Origin: an uncultured Gammaproteobacteria bacterium | GTDB lineage: Bacteria > Patescibacteriota > Microgenomatia > UBA10105 > UBA927 | NCBI GenBank assembly: GCA_964356315.1 | Contig: CAYHHA010000007.1 | Coordinates: 1-61,367 of the forward strand | Length of the DNA stretch: 61,367 nucleotides | Reading direction: 5' to 3' | In this document: positions 28,427 to 39,248 of the stretch, one piece after another | Numbering within the stretch: the stretch's first letter is position 1 | Layout: each line of letters opens with the position of its first letter | Notes under the pieces: model-generated | The model's database searches: none | What the model was told of the DNA's origin: nothing | What the model saw: only the letters and a program-made list of their open reading frames with translations | Position numbers and translations under genes: made by a program

Positions 28427-29154
28427 TTTTGAGCTACAATAATAAGTTTTGCGCTCTTTTCAACTGAATAGTCCGAAAAATCGTACTCACCATAATAGGA
28501 AATTTCTTTAAATGGGACAGTCGCAAGTGCACGTGCTATCACCATCTTTTTCATGGCATTATAGGTGGTTGAAGTAAATACATGTTCCATATTCTCAGAG
28601 CCTTTTTTTACATAGAGAATATTAAACGTCATGGTTTTTTCGGAGTACTCGCAGATAAAATAAAATGCATCATTCTGATTTATCCGCGCAGGGATAAACT
28701 TAGGCTTTGTATCCAATAAAAAGTCTGTTATTTCATTTGAGATAACAAGAATTCCGCCTGGCTTTAACTGATCATACATTGATTGTAATGCTATATGGAC
28801 ATCTTCATCCGTCAACATGTATGGCAAGCTTGTGGTAAGGCAAGCCAGCATGTCATATTGATCACCCCAAGACGCTCCTAATTGACGAAAATCCTGTTGC
28901 TTCAGTGGAATGTATGCGCCTTCGAGATTTTTTTTTGCAATCCTGAGCATATCTGGAGAAATATCTGATCCAAAACAGTCAAGCCCCATTTGATGAAAAA
29001 GTGACAAGTGGATTCCGGTTCCACACGCACAATCTAGAACACTTTGGACAGAATATTTTTTTACCAGCTGTTCAAAAAATGGACGCTGAAGAAGAATGTC
29101 TTCTTTTGGATTTAAAATATCGTATATTTCAGCCAATAATTTATACTCTTCCAT
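28423..29154 (-). CDS. Class I SAM methyltransferase
   Basis: LDCACGTG, LKPGG. Confidence 0.88.
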   Translation of the reverse strand: MEEYKLLAEIYDILNPKEDILLQRPFFEQLVKKYSVQSVLDCACGTGIHLSLFHQMGLDCFGSDISPDMLRIAKKNLEGAYIPLKQQDFRQLGASWGDQYDMLACLTTSLPYMLTDEDVHIALQSMYDQLKPGGILVISNEITDFLLDTKPKFIPARINQNDAFYFICEYSEKTMTFNILYVKKGSENMEHVFTSTTYNAMKKMVIARALATVPFKEISYYGEYDFSDYSVEKSAKLIIVAQK

Positions 29155-29161
29155 ACAGTTT

Positions 29162-29428
29162 TTATTTCACATCACCATTTTCTATAATTTTTTCATCTTC
29201 GTATGGACCTATGATGTGACGATATAATTCATGTGCAATCGCAGAGAGAACTCCCAGCGCGCGGTTGTAGTGAAAATATTTTTTGGGATACACAGATTTT
29301 ATAATGCGCGTCACGGCATAATTGAGTGCTCCGTCTTGATCCTCCATCGGGAGTGATTGGATATGTTTAAGTAATGGCTCAATGCTTGCATCCGCCTGTG
29401 GTCGTTGATCCTGTTTTATATATGGCAT
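29162..29428 (-). CDS. Conserved hypothetical protein (DUF6899-like)
   Basis: MPYIK...GALNY...GVL...ELYR...PYED.KI.ENGDV. Confidence 0.75.
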   Translation of the reverse strand: MPYIKQDQRPQADASIEPLLKHIQSLPMEDQDGALNYAVTRIIKSVYPKKYFHYNRALGVLSAIAHELYRHIIGPYEDEKIIENGDVK

Positions 29429-29452
29429 AAGTCACCTCTTCTTACTAGACTA

Positions 29453-30325
29453 TCATGAACGCTTTGAAATCGCATCTATAATCTGTGAGTAATCACAGCC
29501 TGATAACTCTGATTCATCAGCTTGATCATACACCTTGGTCACGAGAGAGAGAACATTATACAATTCCGAATTATTTCCTTCGGAAGATGCGAGATTCAGG
29601 TCTTTGCGCATATTTTTTATTGTAAAATTCATAGGATATTGTTTCAAAACAAAATTTTGGATTTTACGTGCCATGGCAACAGAGATGGCTGGTGTTGTGA
29701 CGAGCGCTCTTGCAAGCACATCACGTGGCAACCCCATGTCATCTGCAAGGAGCATGCCTTCTGATAAAGAAACAAGAGAACTTGCTATCAAGAAGTTGTT
29801 TATCATTTTTATGGCCTGACCGGAACCGATTTCACCCATGTACTGCAAATTATTTCCCATAGATTCAAAAACGGGCTTCATTGCGTCATATGTGTGTTTG
29901 TGACCTCCTACGAATATTGTCAGCTCCCCAGTTTTGGCTCCGTATGTACCGCCGGTTACTGGGGCATCCAAAAACTCTATTCCATTTTCTTCCAGCCGTT
30001 TTCCTATTTGCTTTGCAGCGGTGGGACCAATAGTACTCATATCTATAACTGTTTTGATCTTTTTCTCGGCGGAGATCACCCCATGTTGTCCAAATAAAAC
30101 ATCCTCCACATCCCGAGCCTGGGTGACCATGGTGATAATACTATCCGAATGATTCACCAGGTCTTTTGGCTCAAAGACTACTGGAATACCTAGTTTTTCG
30201 AATTCATCTGTCTTTGACTTTGAGCGATTGTAAACGGTCAATGGATACCCCGATTTAAAAATATTTTTCGCCATCAGACTTCCCATAAGCCCAAGACCAA
30301 TAAATCCGACTCGAATCTTTTTCAT
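29453..30325 (-). CDS. NAD(P)-dependent beta-hydroxyacid dehydrogenase (GarR/HIBADH family)
   Basis: GFIGLGLMG, DAPVTGG, KMINN. Confidence 0.92.
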   Translation of the reverse strand: MKKIRVGFIGLGLMGSLMAKNIFKSGYPLTVYNRSKSKTDEFEKLGIPVVFEPKDLVNHSDSIITMVTQARDVEDVLFGQHGVISAEKKIKTVIDMSTIGPTAAKQIGKRLEENGIEFLDAPVTGGTYGAKTGELTIFVGGHKHTYDAMKPVFESMGNNLQYMGEIGSGQAIKMINNFLIASSLVSLSEGMLLADDMGLPRDVLARALVTTPAISVAMARKIQNFVLKQYPMNFTIKNMRKDLNLASSEGNNSELYNVLSLVTKVYDQADESELSGCDYSQIIDAISKRS

Positions 30326-31152
30326 AAAGTAAATTCCTTTCGATTTTTTATTTCATATATTATTTTTTTGAGTATCTCTGGGTATAAATAGACGGGGAGA
30401 TGAAATCTCCTCAGTTGAGACTGATCATCTGATAAAACTAATCCTTTGTCTTTTTTATCAATAGGAGAAACTTTTTTAGCAAACGCGGATAAGATATCTC
30501 GAGCTATATCAAATCTTGAAACGAGATCAGGACAGGAAATAGGAATTGTCTCATTCCAAATTCCTTTATTTACCATGCTTAGCAAAACCTCACTGATATG
30601 CCCAATATAGGTAGGTTGAAATTTCCAAGATGTATCGTACAGAGCTTCTGTTCCATCATCGAGATTTTTCAGAATTCTATTAAAAGGACGGTCATTTGTC
30701 GTGTTCGGACTATATCCGAGAATTAGAGATGGGCGCAGAATACTATATCCATTTCTTGAATAGGAAATATTTTTTTCAGCAACTAACTTCATTCTTCCAT
30801 ATAGGGTTGCCGAATCATTTGCAGACAACGATGAGATATATATAATTTTTGAGCTTACGGCATTTACCGCATCTACAAGATATTCAGAAGATTTCTGATT
30901 TAGTAGAGTTGCTTTTTGAGGATTTTCCTCACACCATGATGCGCTCGCGTTATTTGCAACATGAACTACTATGTCCGGCTTATTTTCGGCAATGATCTTT
31001 TGAACATCGCTAGGATTCGTGATATCCAAAAAAATGAAATCCTTTGATAACTTATTTGTAGAATACGTTCCGATCACCTCATTCGTTTTTTTTAAATCTA
31101 TGTATAAACGCGCCCCTAGATAACTACTTGCCCCTATAAGTAAAATTTTCAT
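30322..31152 (-). CDS. RmlD-like extended SDR oxidoreductase
   Basis: GASSYLG, YGRMK. Confidence 0.82.
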   Translation of the reverse strand: MKILLIGASSYLGARLYIDLKKTNEVIGTYSTNKLSKDFIFLDITNPSDVQKIIAENKPDIVVHVANNASASWCEENPQKATLLNQKSSEYLVDAVNAVSSKIIYISSLSANDSATLYGRMKLVAEKNISYSRNGYSILRPSLILGYSPNTTNDRPFNRILKNLDDGTEALYDTSWKFQPTYIGHISEVLLSMVNKGIWNETIPISCPDLVSRFDIARDILSAFAKKVSPIDKKDKGLVLSDDQSQLRRFHLPVYLYPEILKKIIYEIKNRKEFTL

Positions 31153-31209
31153 ATGGATGTAATGGCATAATAGTACTACATCTCAAGACCGAGGTGTATA
31201 ATTTCCTTC

Positions 31210-31770
31210 ATGATTATGAAAGCGTTATCAATATTGGTCGGAATACTTGGAGTATTGTTAGTTTTTACTATCATATTTTCGCGAAGTACTCTGAAGCAAC
31301 CCCAGTCTCCGTTATCATTATATGATGGAAAGAACATCGTTCTCGATTTTAATTCCCCAACTCCAACGATAAGCCCATCTCCGACTCCCACTCCTACTCC
31401 ACCCCCAAAAAACACTCCGACCCCGATACAATCGGGGCTGACCCCAAGCCCATCTCCGGCTCCCACCTCATTCCCCGTCACAAGTGAACAATTAGATACA
31501 TGGTTCACGAAATATGCAAATCATTACAGTGTAGACAGATCAAAGCTTTGGAAGATAGCAGAGTGCGAGACAGGTCTAAGACCCAACGCAACAAATTGGA
31601 TTTATGGCGGAATGTTCCAATTTTCTCCAAATACGTGGGCCTCCAATCGGAAACTTATGGGAATGGATCCAAATGCTGATTTACGATTTAATCCCGAAGA
31701 ATCCATACGGACCGCAGCATTTGTTTTTTCCACTCGCGGACCAAGCGCATGGCCAAATTGCGCCAAATAG
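31210..31770 (+). CDS. Secreted lysozyme-like (SLT/Rpf-type) protein with Pro/Thr linker
   Basis: IAECE.G, GGMFQF...TW, AWPNC. Confidence 0.85.
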   Translation: MIMKALSILVGILGVLLVFTIIFSRSTLKQPQSPLSLYDGKNIVLDFNSPTPTISPSPTPTPTPPPKNTPTPIQSGLTPSPSPAPTSFPVTSEQLDTWFTKYANHYSVDRSKLWKIAECETGLRPNATNWIYGGMFQFSPNTWASNRKLMGMDPNADLRFNPEESIRTAAFVFSTRGPSAWPNCAK

Positions 31771-31794
31771 AACAAAGTGCGATACAATACATGT

Positions 31795-32322
31795 ATGAAT
31801 ATAGAAGCAATCGCTGTGACATCATCAGACGGATTCATAGCAGATATTCATGGGGACACTTCACGGCTCCATTCCCAAGAAGACTCGAAATTATTTGAAG
31901 AAGTAAAGTCGAAGTTTCCACTATTGGTCATGGGACGAAAAACATATGAATCAGTAAAGGGTGTGCTAAAACTCTCTCCTGATTTGTTGAGAGTCGTTCT
32001 TACACACTGCCCTCAGGATTATGCATCAGAAACAGTGCCCAATGTATTAACCTTTAGTTCAGCTGAACCTCACGAGCTTAAAACACGAATGGAGCATCAG
32101 GGATTTACTTCTATGCTTGTCGTAGGGGGATCCCAAGTATATTCAGAATTTATTCGAGCAGGATTACTAAACAGATTTCATATCACAACTGAACCGGTCA
32201 CTCTTGGAAACGGAATACCATTAACAAACGCGACTGAGTTTCTCAAAAATACAAAACTAATTAAACACACTCTATTAAATGAACGAAAAACATCGTATAC
32301 GCTATACGAATACAATAGTTAA
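31795..32322 (+). CDS. Dihydrofolate reductase / RibD C-terminal family protein
   Basis: S.DGFIA, MGRKTY, VGGS. Confidence 0.85.
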   Translation: MNIEAIAVTSSDGFIADIHGDTSRLHSQEDSKLFEEVKSKFPLLVMGRKTYESVKGVLKLSPDLLRVVLTHCPQDYASETVPNVLTFSSAEPHELKTRMEHQGFTSMLVVGGSQVYSEFIRAGLLNRFHITTEPVTLGNGIPLTNATEFLKNTKLIKHTLLNERKTSYTLYEYNS

Positions 32323-32323
32323 T

Positions 32324-33097
32324 ATGATCATACAGACAATTAGAACTGAAAAAATAACCCCAAACACATTATCGGTAACGGACTTGATAGAACAATATAT
32401 CCCGAAGTTTGAAGAAAATTCAATACTTGTTATCACATCAAAAGTAGTATCAATGTGCGAAGGATCTCTGGTTAAAAAAAGCACTCAATCAAAAAATGAA
32501 TTGGCTACCAAAGAGGCGGACTTTTACCTGCCACCATCTCAAAGCAAATATAATGTCACACTAACAATAAAAAATAATCAATTGATCCCTTCAGCCGGCA
32601 TTGATGAATCCAATAGCGACGGAAACTTTATTTTTTGGCCGAAAGATCCGCAACAAACAGCAAATAACTGTAGAGATTTTTTGGCAAAGAAATTCAATCT
32701 GACACAGGTTGGAGTAATACTTTCTGACAGCAAAACGACACCCCTGCGGTGGGGTACGACGGGGACTTCCATTACACATAGTGGGTTTTTTGCAATAAAC
32801 GATTTTATTGGAAAACCTGACATCTTCGGACGCCCCTTAACTATGACAAAAGTAAATGTTGTCGACGCACTTGCCTGTGCGGCGGTATTACAAATGGGAG
32901 AATCAAATGAACAGACTCCGCTTGCCATCATCACCGATGTTCCTTTTGTGCAGTTTCAAAACAGAAACCCAACGAGAGAGGAAATTGAAGCGCTTCATAT
33001 TTCCATCGATGATGATGTGTATGCCCCATTATTGAAACCGGCACCTTGGAAAAAATCTCAGCAAAGCCAAGATTCGTTGAAGAAAATACGGCACTAA
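32324..33097 (+). CDS. CofE-like gamma-glutamyl ligase (CT611-type, putative folate polyglutamylation)
   Basis: ITSKVVS.CEG, AGIDESN, DS..TPLR.G, MGE..EQTP. Confidence 0.85.
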   Translation: MIIQTIRTEKITPNTLSVTDLIEQYIPKFEENSILVITSKVVSMCEGSLVKKSTQSKNELATKEADFYLPPSQSKYNVTLTIKNNQLIPSAGIDESNSDGNFIFWPKDPQQTANNCRDFLAKKFNLTQVGVILSDSKTTPLRWGTTGTSITHSGFFAINDFIGKPDIFGRPLTMTKVNVVDALACAAVLQMGESNEQTPLAIITDVPFVQFQNRNPTREEIEALHISIDDDVYAPLLKPAPWKKSQQSQDSLKKIRH

Positions 33098-33143
33098 ATA
33101 TATCTGAAAATATTCTATACTAGAAATAGCACTGGTAATTTTC

Positions 33144-35528
33144 ATGAACACAAACGCTCATTCCACCTCAAGAGATACTTCTATAGACTCACTCCGTGGC
33201 ATCGCCGTGATTCTAATGATTGTGGCGCATGCTATATTTTTTTTCCATGACGAAACTATTGGAGGACTTAATGTTGTTGAGCGAATACTTAACACAATTA
33301 CTCTTACTGTATTTATATTTGTTTCCGGCATGTCAGCTGCAAGATCAGCAAAACAGTCAATTTATATATCCCCACTCAGGAAAATACAATCAACACTTCT
33401 TTACATAGGAATACTCTACCTGGTGTATATTTGCGCTTCCTTCGTCAGCATTTTTACCGCTACAAAAACCCTGTCTGATTCACACCTTTTTTCACAGGTA
33501 TTTCAAGCGATATTTTTTCTTCATTCACCAAATTTTACTGAATATATGCCGTTATTTCTATTTTTCCCACTGGTGTCACTTGGTATCGGTCACCTATCAA
33601 AAGAAGCGAGACCTTCGATATATCTTTTGACAATCATTGGACTCTCTAGCTATCTGATTGGCTTAGTTCTGTATCCAATTACGGGCAATAGCGCATTTAT
33701 GTATATAAAAGAACTGCTTGCGGGAGGCAAACAACTCCTGCAATTTCCAATATTATTTTATACTCCAGTCTATATAATCGGAATGTGGTGGGAGTCTAAA
33801 AGAGCTCCTGTGTTGTTGATCGCATCACTGGGAATCGCATTCCTTTGCCATATCCTTACCAACCTCTATTCCCTACAGTTTTTATCAATCGACGTCAGAT
33901 GGCCACCGTCGATCGGATTTTTATCTATAGGCATATCCAGCGCATGTTTTCTGTATTATGCTTTATCCTACAGCGTTGGATATTCGTTAGCTCAAAGAGC
34001 ATATTCTTTTTTCGCATACATCGGAAAAGATGCCTTAGATTTTTGGTTATCTCACCTCATTCTTTTATTTACCTATAGGTATTTGTTTTCATATCAAAGT
34101 GGAAATATCTTTACCGTTTTTTCTCTTACCATACTGGTCATACTTCTCTCCTTCGGTGTTTCTTCTATCGGACTTACGAATGCAATTTCAATGAAAAATT
34201 TTGGGCCAATTTCATTTATCCCGCTTGAACGAAGACGATTCAGGAAACGATATATCGCACTATATTTGTTCGTAGGAGTAGCAATCATAACAACACTCCT
34301 TTCGATTAAATCGACAACTATCTATGGATCTAAAATGTCAAATATTTCATTTTCAAATCTATTACAGCAAAAAACCGCTTCAAAGATACTTCTTTCTTCT
34401 GAAAAAAAATGGCATATCCGAAGCGGGAAAAGCATATCCCCTATCCGTCTTATTCTTTCTGTCGTAGATGAAAATAACGTCACTATCCCAACGGAAAACT
34501 CAAAACTAACGATATATTCAGGAAATAGCCTTATCCCCATCCAGTATATTTCTTCAACAGATTCAAAAACTGTGATCACGATAGATCCAAAACAATTTCC
34601 TACTGGAAATATTGAACTTACTGCGAAACAGCAACATGATGGGACGCTCTTAGCGTCCAATACAATCGCGATAATTATCTCAGAACCTCTCATGGTATCG
34701 TGGACATTCGATTGGGAAGGATGGAATCCACAAGAGCATGCTATAGAATCACTTGAATCTCTTCAGAAAATATATCCAGCCCTACCGTTTACCCATTTTG
34801 TAAACCCAAGAACATTTATTACTAATGCAATCGCATCATCTCAAAAAGAAAGTATCCTGAAGTATTTACACAATCAGCAGGCGACAGGAAATGAAATCGC
34901 GCTTCACCTCCACATGCACTATGACTTGGTGTCTCTGGCGGGAGTTACACCAAAAACAACAAGACATTGGGGACTGCGCTCCCAAGAAGGATACGATGTG
35001 CCAACTACCGAGTATTCCCTCGAGGAATTTTTGAAGATTGTATCGTTTGCAAAAAACATACTAATAGAAAATGGGTTTTCAGATATCCACGGGTACCGAG
35101 CAGGCGGATGGTTTATTTCAGAGGAACAATTAAACGCTCTCTCAACAGTCGGAATAACGTATGATTCTTCTGGACGAGATAAGCCTTTAGGGGGTACTTT
35201 TTCAAGTATTCCTTGGAATCTCCCCAAAGGAGCTCAACCATATGCAATACAACCTGCTTCAAAACAGGTATTACTAGAAGTTCCGAACAATGGCGCGTCA
35301 ACGTACGAACAATCTACGGAAGAGCTACTCAAGAGAATTACGGATGTGTACAAAGAAGGACCTCTAGAAAAACCAAAATCCCTAGTATTTGTATCTCATC
35401 CTCAATTCTCAGATAGAGAATTTTCAAAAATACCAGTTATTCTAAAAGCACTTATGGAAAAATCTATCCTACAGGATTCGGGACCAGTAGTATTTATGAC
35501 CACAGCAGATATTGCATCAATATGGTGA
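33144..35528 (+). CDS. Fusion of a multi-TM acyltransferase-like domain (DUF1624/OpgC-like) and a polysaccharide deacetylase-like domain
   Basis: RD..ID.LRG.A...M..AH; TFDWEG, EIALHLH, YRAGGW, YDSS. Confidence 0.8.
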   Translation: MNTNAHSTSRDTSIDSLRGIAVILMIVAHAIFFFHDETIGGLNVVERILNTITLTVFIFVSGMSAARSAKQSIYISPLRKIQSTLLYIGILYLVYICASFVSIFTATKTLSDSHLFSQVFQAIFFLHSPNFTEYMPLFLFFPLVSLGIGHLSKEARPSIYLLTIIGLSSYLIGLVLYPITGNSAFMYIKELLAGGKQLLQFPILFYTPVYIIGMWWESKRAPVLLIASLGIAFLCHILTNLYSLQFLSIDVRWPPSIGFLSIGISSACFLYYALSYSVGYSLAQRAYSFFAYIGKDALDFWLSHLILLFTYRYLFSYQSGNIFTVFSLTILVILLSFGVSSIGLTNAISMKNFGPISFIPLERRRFRKRYIALYLFVGVAIITTLLSIKSTTIYGSKMSNISFSNLLQQKTASKILLSSEKKWHIRSGKSISPIRLILSVVDENNVTIPTENSKLTIYSGNSLIPIQYISSTDSKTVITIDPKQFPTGNIELTAKQQHDGTLLASNTIAIIISEPLMVSWTFDWEGWNPQEHAIESLESLQKIYPALPFTHFVNPRTFITNAIASSQKESILKYLHNQQATGNEIALHLHMHYDLVSLAGVTPKTTRHWGLRSQEGYDVPTTEYSLEEFLKIVSFAKNILIENGFSDIHGYRAGGWFISEEQLNALSTVGITYDSSGRDKPLGGTFSSIPWNLPKGAQPYAIQPASKQVLLEVPNNGASTYEQSTEELLKRITDVYKEGPLEKPKSLVFVSHPQFSDREFSKIPVILKALMEKSILQDSGPVVFMTTADIASIW

Positions 35529-37486
35529 TTCCATCAATTTTATTTACCTTTGAAGCGCTCCTATTAATATATGCCGTTACCTTTATCGTGGCATCAGTTG
35601 CATCTTTTATTTGCATCCGTGCAATTACTACACACAACATAGCGCATCATATCTTTATTACAATTATTCTGCTTGCGGTCATCATCGGATCAAATATTTC
35701 TATCGGAATTTTGCTCTCTAAACGAGTGTCTCAGGTGCCAAAAATTTCCCAAAGTATCCCTGCCAATAATCAAATACTTCCGGTTCATTCATCTACTATT
35801 CATTTGGAATTTTCTGAGCCGATTGTATATTCTGCTTTGCAAATCCATACATTCCCTGAAAATGAAATAACAATAACACCAGAAAGATATTTCTATCCTA
35901 ACTCGACAATCGGAAGAAAACTTATCATATCTCCTAAAAAGCCATTCACTCCCGGAACTCAAGTCATGATATATATCTCTAATATTAAAGGACCGCTTAC
36001 TCATGGATTTGGAGGAGAACAGCTCATAGAACTAAACGCAGAAACACTTCCAAAGATTGTATCTCTGTTATCTCCGACACTATTTTCGGATGTGCCAACT
36101 TCTCAAGATATTCGATTGCTTTTGGATAAACCTTCGGAAACTTACAGCACTTGGAACATACAATCTACGCCTTTGGCTTCATTTGCTATACACTATGAAA
36201 AAAATGAATTATTGATTCAACCAACCACACCACTCAAACAGGGTACGACCTATACAGTTTCTTTATCCCAAATCCCACTCGCTGAAAACCAAATAGATTC
36301 ACCAGTATCGACCGTCCCGCCTTCAATTCCGGATCGTTCAATCACATTTTCGACTATTAGTCCTCCATTTATTCAAACTATTTCCCCGTCGGGACAAACC
36401 ATATATCCCGATGAGGATATCATCATCGATTTCAAACAAGCTATGAATATACTAGATTCGAAAATATTTCTTTCAATTGTTCCACAAACTGAACACAAAG
36501 TAATTTGGGAAAGAAAAAATATGAGAATGCGAATATCTCATAATTCGTTTCCAAAAAATTCCTCTATCTCTGTAACACTTTCGAAAGGATTTCGCACTGA
36601 GTCCGGGGGAGTTCTCGAACAGGATATTCGATATGATTTCATAACTCCAGGGCAACTGAACATACTCGCATCCTCACCGGAAAATCTACAGAAAGAATCG
36701 CCCGTTGATTCATCCATTCAAATACAATTTAACCAACCTATTTCTGATTCGACGATACAAAAATATATCACGGTGAATCCTATTTTTCCATTTACACTCT
36801 CTGCGAGCGAATCGTCAGTAATTATATCCCCAACAAAACCACTCAACACAAACACTATCTATACTGTAACTATCTCACCTAATGCTCAGCCAGTACATGG
36901 ATTTCCTCCTGAAAATGCGCTCACCTTGTCCTTCTCAACAATCGGTGATCGCGTCGTATTGCCAGTGCCATATTTCAAACAAGAGTCACCATTCACTTGT
37001 AATATCGCAGCGGTGAGAATGCTACTTGCTTACAAAAATATTACCGTATCAGAGCGCGATATCATACAAAGAATTGGCACTTCGGATGTTCGTGGCAAAG
37101 GAAATCCTTATCTGGGGTACATTATCGACTATGGAACATATTGGGACGCTATTTCTAAAGGGATATCTGGATATTCCGCGAATACCGTTATCAAAAATGG
37201 CACACTTAAACAACTAACATCAATCATAGCAACGGGAAAGCCAGTAATGGTCTGGGGACAAAATGGATGGAGTGATCCACATGATATATCGTGGACCACC
37301 CCTGATGGTAAATACATAAAAGCGATAAATGGCATGCATTCTTCTGTCATTCGGGGATTCAGAGGAACCGCTGATAATCCGACCGAAATATATCTCAATG
37401 ATCCATGGAGAGGACAATATTCTATATCAACAAAAGAATTTTTGCGTCGTTGGGGATATTTTAGCGTGGCATTAGTACTGCAATAA
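35522..37486 (+). CDS. Membrane protein with Ig-like (Big_5) repeats and C39-like peptidase
   Basis: Repeated P..I...F..P units; Q....TC..AA.RM, H, DP. Confidence 0.8.
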   Translation: MVIPSILFTFEALLLIYAVTFIVASVASFICIRAITTHNIAHHIFITIILLAVIIGSNISIGILLSKRVSQVPKISQSIPANNQILPVHSSTIHLEFSEPIVYSALQIHTFPENEITITPERYFYPNSTIGRKLIISPKKPFTPGTQVMIYISNIKGPLTHGFGGEQLIELNAETLPKIVSLLSPTLFSDVPTSQDIRLLLDKPSETYSTWNIQSTPLASFAIHYEKNELLIQPTTPLKQGTTYTVSLSQIPLAENQIDSPVSTVPPSIPDRSITFSTISPPFIQTISPSGQTIYPDEDIIIDFKQAMNILDSKIFLSIVPQTEHKVIWERKNMRMRISHNSFPKNSSISVTLSKGFRTESGGVLEQDIRYDFITPGQLNILASSPENLQKESPVDSSIQIQFNQPISDSTIQKYITVNPIFPFTLSASESSVIISPTKPLNTNTIYTVTISPNAQPVHGFPPENALTLSFSTIGDRVVLPVPYFKQESPFTCNIAAVRMLLAYKNITVSERDIIQRIGTSDVRGKGNPYLGYIIDYGTYWDAISKGISGYSANTVIKNGTLKQLTSIIATGKPVMVWGQNGWSDPHDISWTTPDGKYIKAINGMHSSVIRGFRGTADNPTEIYLNDPWRGQYSISTKEFLRRWGYFSVALVLQ

Positions 37487-37489
37487 CAG

Positions 37490-38557
37490 ATGACTTATAT
37501 AAAGCGTAGTATTCTTTTTTTGATGTGTGCTATAACGGTATATCGATGCTTTTATTTTGACTGGAATAGACCTGCCGAAAGATGGGATGAGCAAACAAAT
37601 ATTGATGTTATCAACAAGTCATCAAAAATAAAACAATTTCCCCAGCTTTTTTATGGAAATAAACCATTTTTTGAAAAACCACCTATTTGGTATATGCTTT
37701 CTGTGATTGTTTCTCGAGCAATTCATGCACCGACACTCCAGATTATCAGATTGTTTAGTGCCACATGCGGATTTATTACCATTTTAGTAGTTTGGTATAT
37801 TTCTGTGCGCTGGTGGGGATTTACGTCAGGAGTATTGTCTTGGGTAATCCTACTATCTACAAATCATTTATTTTTAACTAATCCAGCAGGGGTATTTTCG
37901 ACACATACACTTCGCTCTGCGGACTCTGAGGGATTTTTTATACTGTGTATTGTTCTTTCTAGTATTGTGTCAACAAAAATAGGATATTCAAACATCTCTG
38001 CTATAGCGTCTGGGATTTTAACTGGACTGGCTATTCTTTCAAAAAGTCCCATTGGAATCATTCCTTTGCTCTGCGCTACGTGCTATATCCTTTTCCAAAG
38101 AAATAACTCCACAGCAATAAAACAGGCTATCATAGCTTGGTGTTTTGCTCTTTGTATGTATGCGTTATGGGTTCTCTATATGTCTAAAATATACGGGTTT
38201 ACGTTTCTAAATACCTTTTTTTACTATCATTTATTTCTTCGGGCTTCCACCCCGCTTGAGTCTCATAATCAATCATTGTTTTATTATTTCAGACTTCTTT
38301 TTTCCAAAGAATTATTTGTATTTATGGAACTCTATATTTTATCTCTCGTGATATACATGCGATCGAGCTCACTTCGATCAAATATTCAACTTGCAAATAT
38401 TTTCAGTATTTCAATATGTTTTATAGTCATCCCAACACTTGTACAAACAAAGCTTGCCTGGTATATATTTCCGTTCTACCCATTTGCTGCACTTCTGATA
38501 GCCGGTACAGTCACTCCATACCTATCATTCAGGGCATTTTCAGGAAAGCGCGTATAA
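37490..38557 (+). CDS. ArnT/PMT-family (GT-C) glycosyltransferase
   Basis: WDE, FEKPP, LSK, TKLAWY..P.YP. Confidence 0.85.
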   Translation: MTYIKRSILFLMCAITVYRCFYFDWNRPAERWDEQTNIDVINKSSKIKQFPQLFYGNKPFFEKPPIWYMLSVIVSRAIHAPTLQIIRLFSATCGFITILVVWYISVRWWGFTSGVLSWVILLSTNHLFLTNPAGVFSTHTLRSADSEGFFILCIVLSSIVSTKIGYSNISAIASGILTGLAILSKSPIGIIPLLCATCYILFQRNNSTAIKQAIIAWCFALCMYALWVLYMSKIYGFTFLNTFFYYHLFLRASTPLESHNQSLFYYFRLLFSKELFVFMELYILSLVIYMRSSSLRSNIQLANIFSISICFIVIPTLVQTKLAWYIFPFYPFAALLIAGTVTPYLSFRAFSGKRV

Positions 38558-38565
38558 TTGGAAGT

Positions 38566-39240
38566 ATGAGAATTCTTATTGTTGAAGATGAACATCGGAT
38601 AGCTACTTCAATAAAAAAGGGCCTGGAACTTGAAAAATATACCGTTGATGTCGCATATACTGGGCCTGACGGCTATGACCTGGCGTCTTCAGAAGAATAT
38701 GATGTTATTGTACTTGATGTCATGTTACCTGGAATGGATGGTTTCTCAATCTGTAAACAGCTTCGATCGAATTCTATACATATTCCGATAATCATGCTGA
38801 CTGCGAAGGGGCAACTTCAAGATAAACTAACTGGACTTAACTCTGGAGCAGATGACTATCTCACAAAACCTTTTGCATTTGAGGAACTTATTGCCCGAAT
38901 TCGTGCGCTTAGCAGGCGTCCAAAAAAGACGTCTTCAGATTCTCTCACAGTCGGATCTTTGAGTCTAAACGCGATAACGTTTGAAGTAAAAAGAGGAAAT
39001 ACTCCGATACAGTTATCCAGTAAAGAATTTTCGTTGCTCGAATATTTGCTTCGACACAAAGAAACGGTTGTGTCAAAAAATCAAATAATATCGCATGTCT
39101 GGAATTATGATTCAGATATCCTGCCAAATACGGTAGAGGTGTATATAAAAAATTTACGAAATAAAATAGACGCGCCCTTTACTAAAGATGCGCCATTGTT
39201 GAAAACAGTGAGAGGATTTGGGTATAAAATTTCTTTATAA
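38566..39240 (+). CDS. OmpR-family response regulator
   Basis: MRILIVEDE, LDVMLP, GADDYLTKPF, TVRGFGY. Confidence 0.95.
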   Translation: MRILIVEDEHRIATSIKKGLELEKYTVDVAYTGPDGYDLASSEEYDVIVLDVMLPGMDGFSICKQLRSNSIHIPIIMLTAKGQLQDKLTGLNSGADDYLTKPFAFEELIARIRALSRRPKKTSSDSLTVGSLSLNAITFEVKRGNTPIQLSSKEFSLLEYLLRHKETVVSKNQIISHVWNYDSDILPNTVEVYIKNLRNKIDAPFTKDAPLLKTVRGFGYKISL

Positions 39241-39248
39241 AATATACT

